A stretch of DNA of 62,516 nt, the filler included. It is 6 parts of 6 records of this genome, joined end to end, with 100 filler letters (N's around TTAATTAATTAA, not from the genome) between each part and the next. Parts side by side here need not be neighbours in the genome. Positions count along the whole stretch, not along the records: positions 57,282 to 62,516 come from DRR723986_23977; 5 more parts are not named here. One strand, 5' to 3'. Of this stretch, positions 60,401-62,516 are shown piece after piece (within the stretch, counting starts at the first letter, position 1; every line of letters starts with the position of its first letter). The position numbers and the translations under genes are program-made. Below the pieces are notes generated by a model that was given only the letters and a program-made list of their open reading frames with translations, was not told where the DNA came from and ran no database searches.

Positions 60401-61945
60401 CTTAAACAAACTTGTATTTGGCAACTCCAGGCCGTGACGAATTTCCAGATGCGCCTGAAAGTTAAGGTCCTGCACCTGATAGTTAACACCGTCGTCACCT
60501 TGAATGTCATTGGAAAGATTTTGGTAGGTCACTACAGCTTTGACGGCTCCCAGGTGCACATGCCCGGCCAGAAGCTCAAAGTCTTCAACGTCTTTAATCC
60601 GCTGAGTAAACTCACCATTGATACGATTGGGAACCAGGTAATCAACGTCAACCACGCGCAGCAAGTTTTTGTGCTGCTTAAATTGCAATGCAAAACTACC
60701 CGTCGGCACTTGCTGCTCCTGGTTGGATTCCCGCTCTGTAAACACGTCTCCATCGCGCAGAAACTCAGTGTGCTGCTGGTAACGCACGGTCTCGCCGTCT
60801 GAATCGGTATAGGGCGCCGTTCCACGTAAACCGACAGTTGAATTGTAACGGATTGTCTCGTAGGGCGAAACGCCACCTTTGGAGGCATTGCTGCTCGCCG
60901 GCACGATGTCTTCGTACAAAACCGAAACCGTGTTGTCGGCGCCGTTAAGTATCACGGTTGCGTTAATAGCAAAAGCGGCATCTGGACCAATTGTTTCATT
61001 TAAACCATATTCCAGATCCGGTAAATTTGGGTTCAGGCGTCGTTTTTTACCAATTGGTGTCAGATTAACAAACTTAATGACAAGTTCTTGCTTGTCGAAG
61101 TCACGCTTATACCAGGCCTGCCCGATGTCACTGACTTCCTGTTTAACAGGATCGTACTGCGGCAGCTGCCAGTCATCCCAAAAGGGTGCAATAATTGCTG
61201 CTTCTTTGACCAAGCCGGCCGCTACAATTGAACTTTCATCCAGCGCGGAATTATTGGGTGAACGAATTCCACCAAATTGATTGTTAATATCCCCACCACA
61301 GGCCAGATATCGAAAGCCCCAGTCGTCGGGAGTTTTATCGCCCTGCCCGGTAGAAAAGTCCTGGTCAGAACGATCGCGCGGATCATCTGACTGCGCATCC
61401 CAGGCGACACTCTTGCCTGCCGGAACGATGCGCTCGCCCTCAGTATCGTAGTGGTAGCGCCGGTTGCTTAAGGCTATCAATCCATTGCTCGACACATAAA
61501 TACTGTCGTAGCGCACGCCATTAAACTCAAATTCAAAACCAATCGTAATCGGACCGGCAAAGGCATTGTCCGTTGAATCAGAAATTTTTGCGGGATTGCG
61601 GAAGTAAGCGTGCCCCTCGGGGTTCTGCGCCCAATATGCAGCTGTAAACTGGCGTGGTCCGGATACAATTTTTCGCCAGCGCGCCTGGTCCTCGGCAAGT
61701 GAACGTCGCAATTCGGACGCCCTTGGTGGCTGCGGTTCTGTAATGCTGCTTTCGCTACTTAGAAAATAATACCCGGTCGATATTGCCGGGGCGGTTCTTA
61801 ACCAATCTACGGAATTCTCAAAAGGTGCCGGGTCTGAGCTTCCGGCGCTGTGATGTAATATGACGTCACCGCCGGCGATTAACATCTGACTGCTTAACAG
61901 CATGAGCGCAGCCAGAAACATTCCAGGTCGTAGTAAACTTCGCAT
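57449..61945 (-). CDS. Large (1498 aa) secreted protein: NIDO-like N-terminal region, PVEL/FN3-like module and T9SS type-A / FlgD-Ig-like C-terminal domain
   Basis: Signal peptide. GFEFEFNG..YDSIYVSSNG and IAPFWDD motifs. PVELSAF..WETASEIDNAGFYVER..YRLRQVDLDG. NVPNPF..FDVFGNLVRTL..ASGMYICRL. Confidence 0.85.
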   Translation of the reverse strand: MRSLLRPGMFLAALMLLSSQMLIAGGDVILHHSAGSSDPAPFENSVDWLRTAPAISTGYYFLSSESSITEPQPPRASELRRSLAEDQARWRKIVSGPRQFTAAYWAQNPEGHAYFRNPAKISDSTDNAFAGPITIGFEFEFNGVRYDSIYVSSNGLIALSNRRYHYDTEGERIVPAGKSVAWDAQSDDPRDRSDQDFSTGQGDKTPDDWGFRYLACGGDINNQFGGIRSPNNSALDESSIVAAGLVKEAAIIAPFWDDWQLPQYDPVKQEVSDIGQAWYKRDFDKQELVIKFVNLTPIGKKRRLNPNLPDLEYGLNETIGPDAAFAINATVILNGADNTVSVLYEDIVPASSNASKGGVSPYETIRYNSTVGLRGTAPYTDSDGETVRYQQHTEFLRDGDVFTERESNQEQQVPTGSFALQFKQHKNLLRVVDVDYLVPNRINGEFTQRIKDVEDFELLAGHVHLGAVKAVVTYQNLSNDIQGDDGVNYQVQDLNFQAHLEIRHGLELPNTSLFKDSVCVDSTSLANSGQSGVRLVNAAGKALDFTGNGVPSYGFVEVEFAVFKPEVSLDDHIGRLELIAQASRAACNAEPLGEEWLSDNIQQHMLHSLKVLDAFYENASDFDYTRSQGPIPSTKRWVNQGAEVVHGSANTYHPLPPRERVEPENDFTLTLDSPVIRLNRLDLNGFDQAPGGDELRSFPIDLSGHESVVLSFGYQRAGIPFSNTYDRGWSDQSRVGPEARVVRHGQWDATEPLQKPDLLELHFANPSPDKFTNLVNIPADGWSRHPDISRPGQFITDNPVMTIFGGGGHIRGFHEDNADSALTRSQGLRYDSLDTGKDFEFHKVFVNVPKYLLDASNDAAKHVRFKFAVKAQDDGSQYGGSQGPRDDADNFYIDNIDLQTLTEGPDIEVTAVGVLEHPYSMFPASQASNIPLQVTLSNNSDFPSRAFATILLISERGAADNLTVYARGQTLPFLRAKTQSLKLFPVWNSRQTRPGRYVLRAQVRSIQDDPNPLNDSTHSFYDLRFDNAMAYDTPLLEGDNDVPAFSGQEGKGINLAADRSALFNSSIAYGADAGSAPGQLAIAFEFNRLDTVLGYQAYFGALNTSADRIQFAIHRDAGGEPAATPIAGSVMQRRRGLYDLDPQGNAAPTPPQVVLNTYGTYLLEEELELTAGDYWMVLQQLESKGFELGASAMSMGMQTTVYSAGGDAGVLGRSVMIDPDYRQVIRSGENVNRNAFMYNNSLSSTGWTQFTPTQGNPAYAHLTHAGSVALRNTYSRASWVPMMRPYMDFRTFSDPPQYTELPVPPVELSAFDGLALPHRGNELFWETASEIDNAGFYVERRQAEISDEFISIGFVNGAGTTNEPQKYTLLDADVFAGKTYEYRLRQVDLDGTTEFSHTVTLRYDAQYDVRVNNVPNPFTRLTELTFDVPFTAHVRIEMFDVFGNLVRTLQDGSINAGVNQVRTWDTLDDAGNACASGMYICRLNIGGNVKSHVLHLLR

Positions 61946-62516
61946 AAGGCCTTCCTCTCTCAGCCCCCCATTTTTGGCGGTGCTGTTTTCACAAAACGGC
62001 TCAAGTTAGTTCAGCGTGGACCACGAACGTAGATTGCGTTTGGGCGGTTGTCCTGATGGCGGCATTTTTGGAGCACTTCACATATGTTTGCCGTCAAGGA
62101 ACACAGATTATTTGCAATAACGGCGTTACTATTCGGCTTACAGCAGGAAGGTCGTATTGGCGTGTATGCAGACGGGCAATCTGGCCATGCACATTCCAAA
62201 GGCTGGGTATAGTCGCAGGCGGAACACGCCGCGGGTGCCAACGTTACAGATTTTTCCCTTGTATTTGTGCCTTTCCCTTGTGGAAGATGGCTTGCCGGAA
62301 CCAGACTATTGCCTCAAGCCTCGATGTTTACTGGCTTGAGCGCTGCGCCTCTCTGCGTCTCACGATGTTCGCCTTGGTGGCTGGCTGTTTGTTTTTGTTA
62401 GTCTCTGAGGCTCAAGCCTGAAGTTTCTGAGGCTGAGAGTCTTTTTGTCTCAGAGTCTGACAGGCAGGATCAATTAATCGTCGCTGGGGACTCAGTGCCA
62501 AACAAAACAATCAAAA

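Noticed and set aside
62056..62421. 121-aa ORF at the window end
   Set aside because: It has no recognisable motif and an atypical composition. It is probably the non-coding upstream region of the large secreted-protein gene, though coding cannot be excluded.

Overview
The window is not one locus. It is six sequence fragments joined by 100-nt artificial spacers (N44-TTAATTAATTAA-N44). (1) 1-5138, Rhodobacteraceae-like: an IS3-type terminus cutting a nonsense-disrupted yellow/MRJP-family gene, a kdgK-like kinase / SDR / DAD-type cupin cluster, an IS6 remnant and a serralysin-like protease. (2) 5239-14285, FCB-group (Ignavibacteria/Kapabacteria-like, inferred): F-ATPase operon atpZ-I-B-E-F-H-A-G with hldD inserted between atpA and atpG, ending in tRNA-Thr. 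(3) 14386-22899, alphaproteobacterial rpoD-dnaG-(LysR)-yqeY / carA-(OMP)-carB. (4) 23000-49792, AT-rich Bacteroidota (Crocinitomicaceae-like, inferred): T9SS type-B cargo/PorP/PorE triad, two FKBPs, a DUF5819+HTTM (SdpAB-like) pair, fahA, a MORN-repeat protein, rel-fur-STAS-purA-OstA, two SpoIIE phosphatases, acs and a heptamer repeat. (5) 49893-57181, Hyphomicrobiales (Roseibium-like, inferred): icd, a fetAB-like ABC pair, GST, a cyclic-nucleotide-gated K+ channel, a palindromic repeat and alaS. (6) 57282-62516, FCB-group: a 1498-aa secreted protein. Most of the content is housekeeping. I found no CRISPR array, prophage or defence island. The best candidates for poorly described biology are the precursor-less DUF5819/HTTM pair, hldD embedded in the ATP synthase operon, a sensor-PP2C/STAS set with no kinase nearby, and several small unannotated ORFs. 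All family and taxon assignments come from recalled motifs, not database searches.
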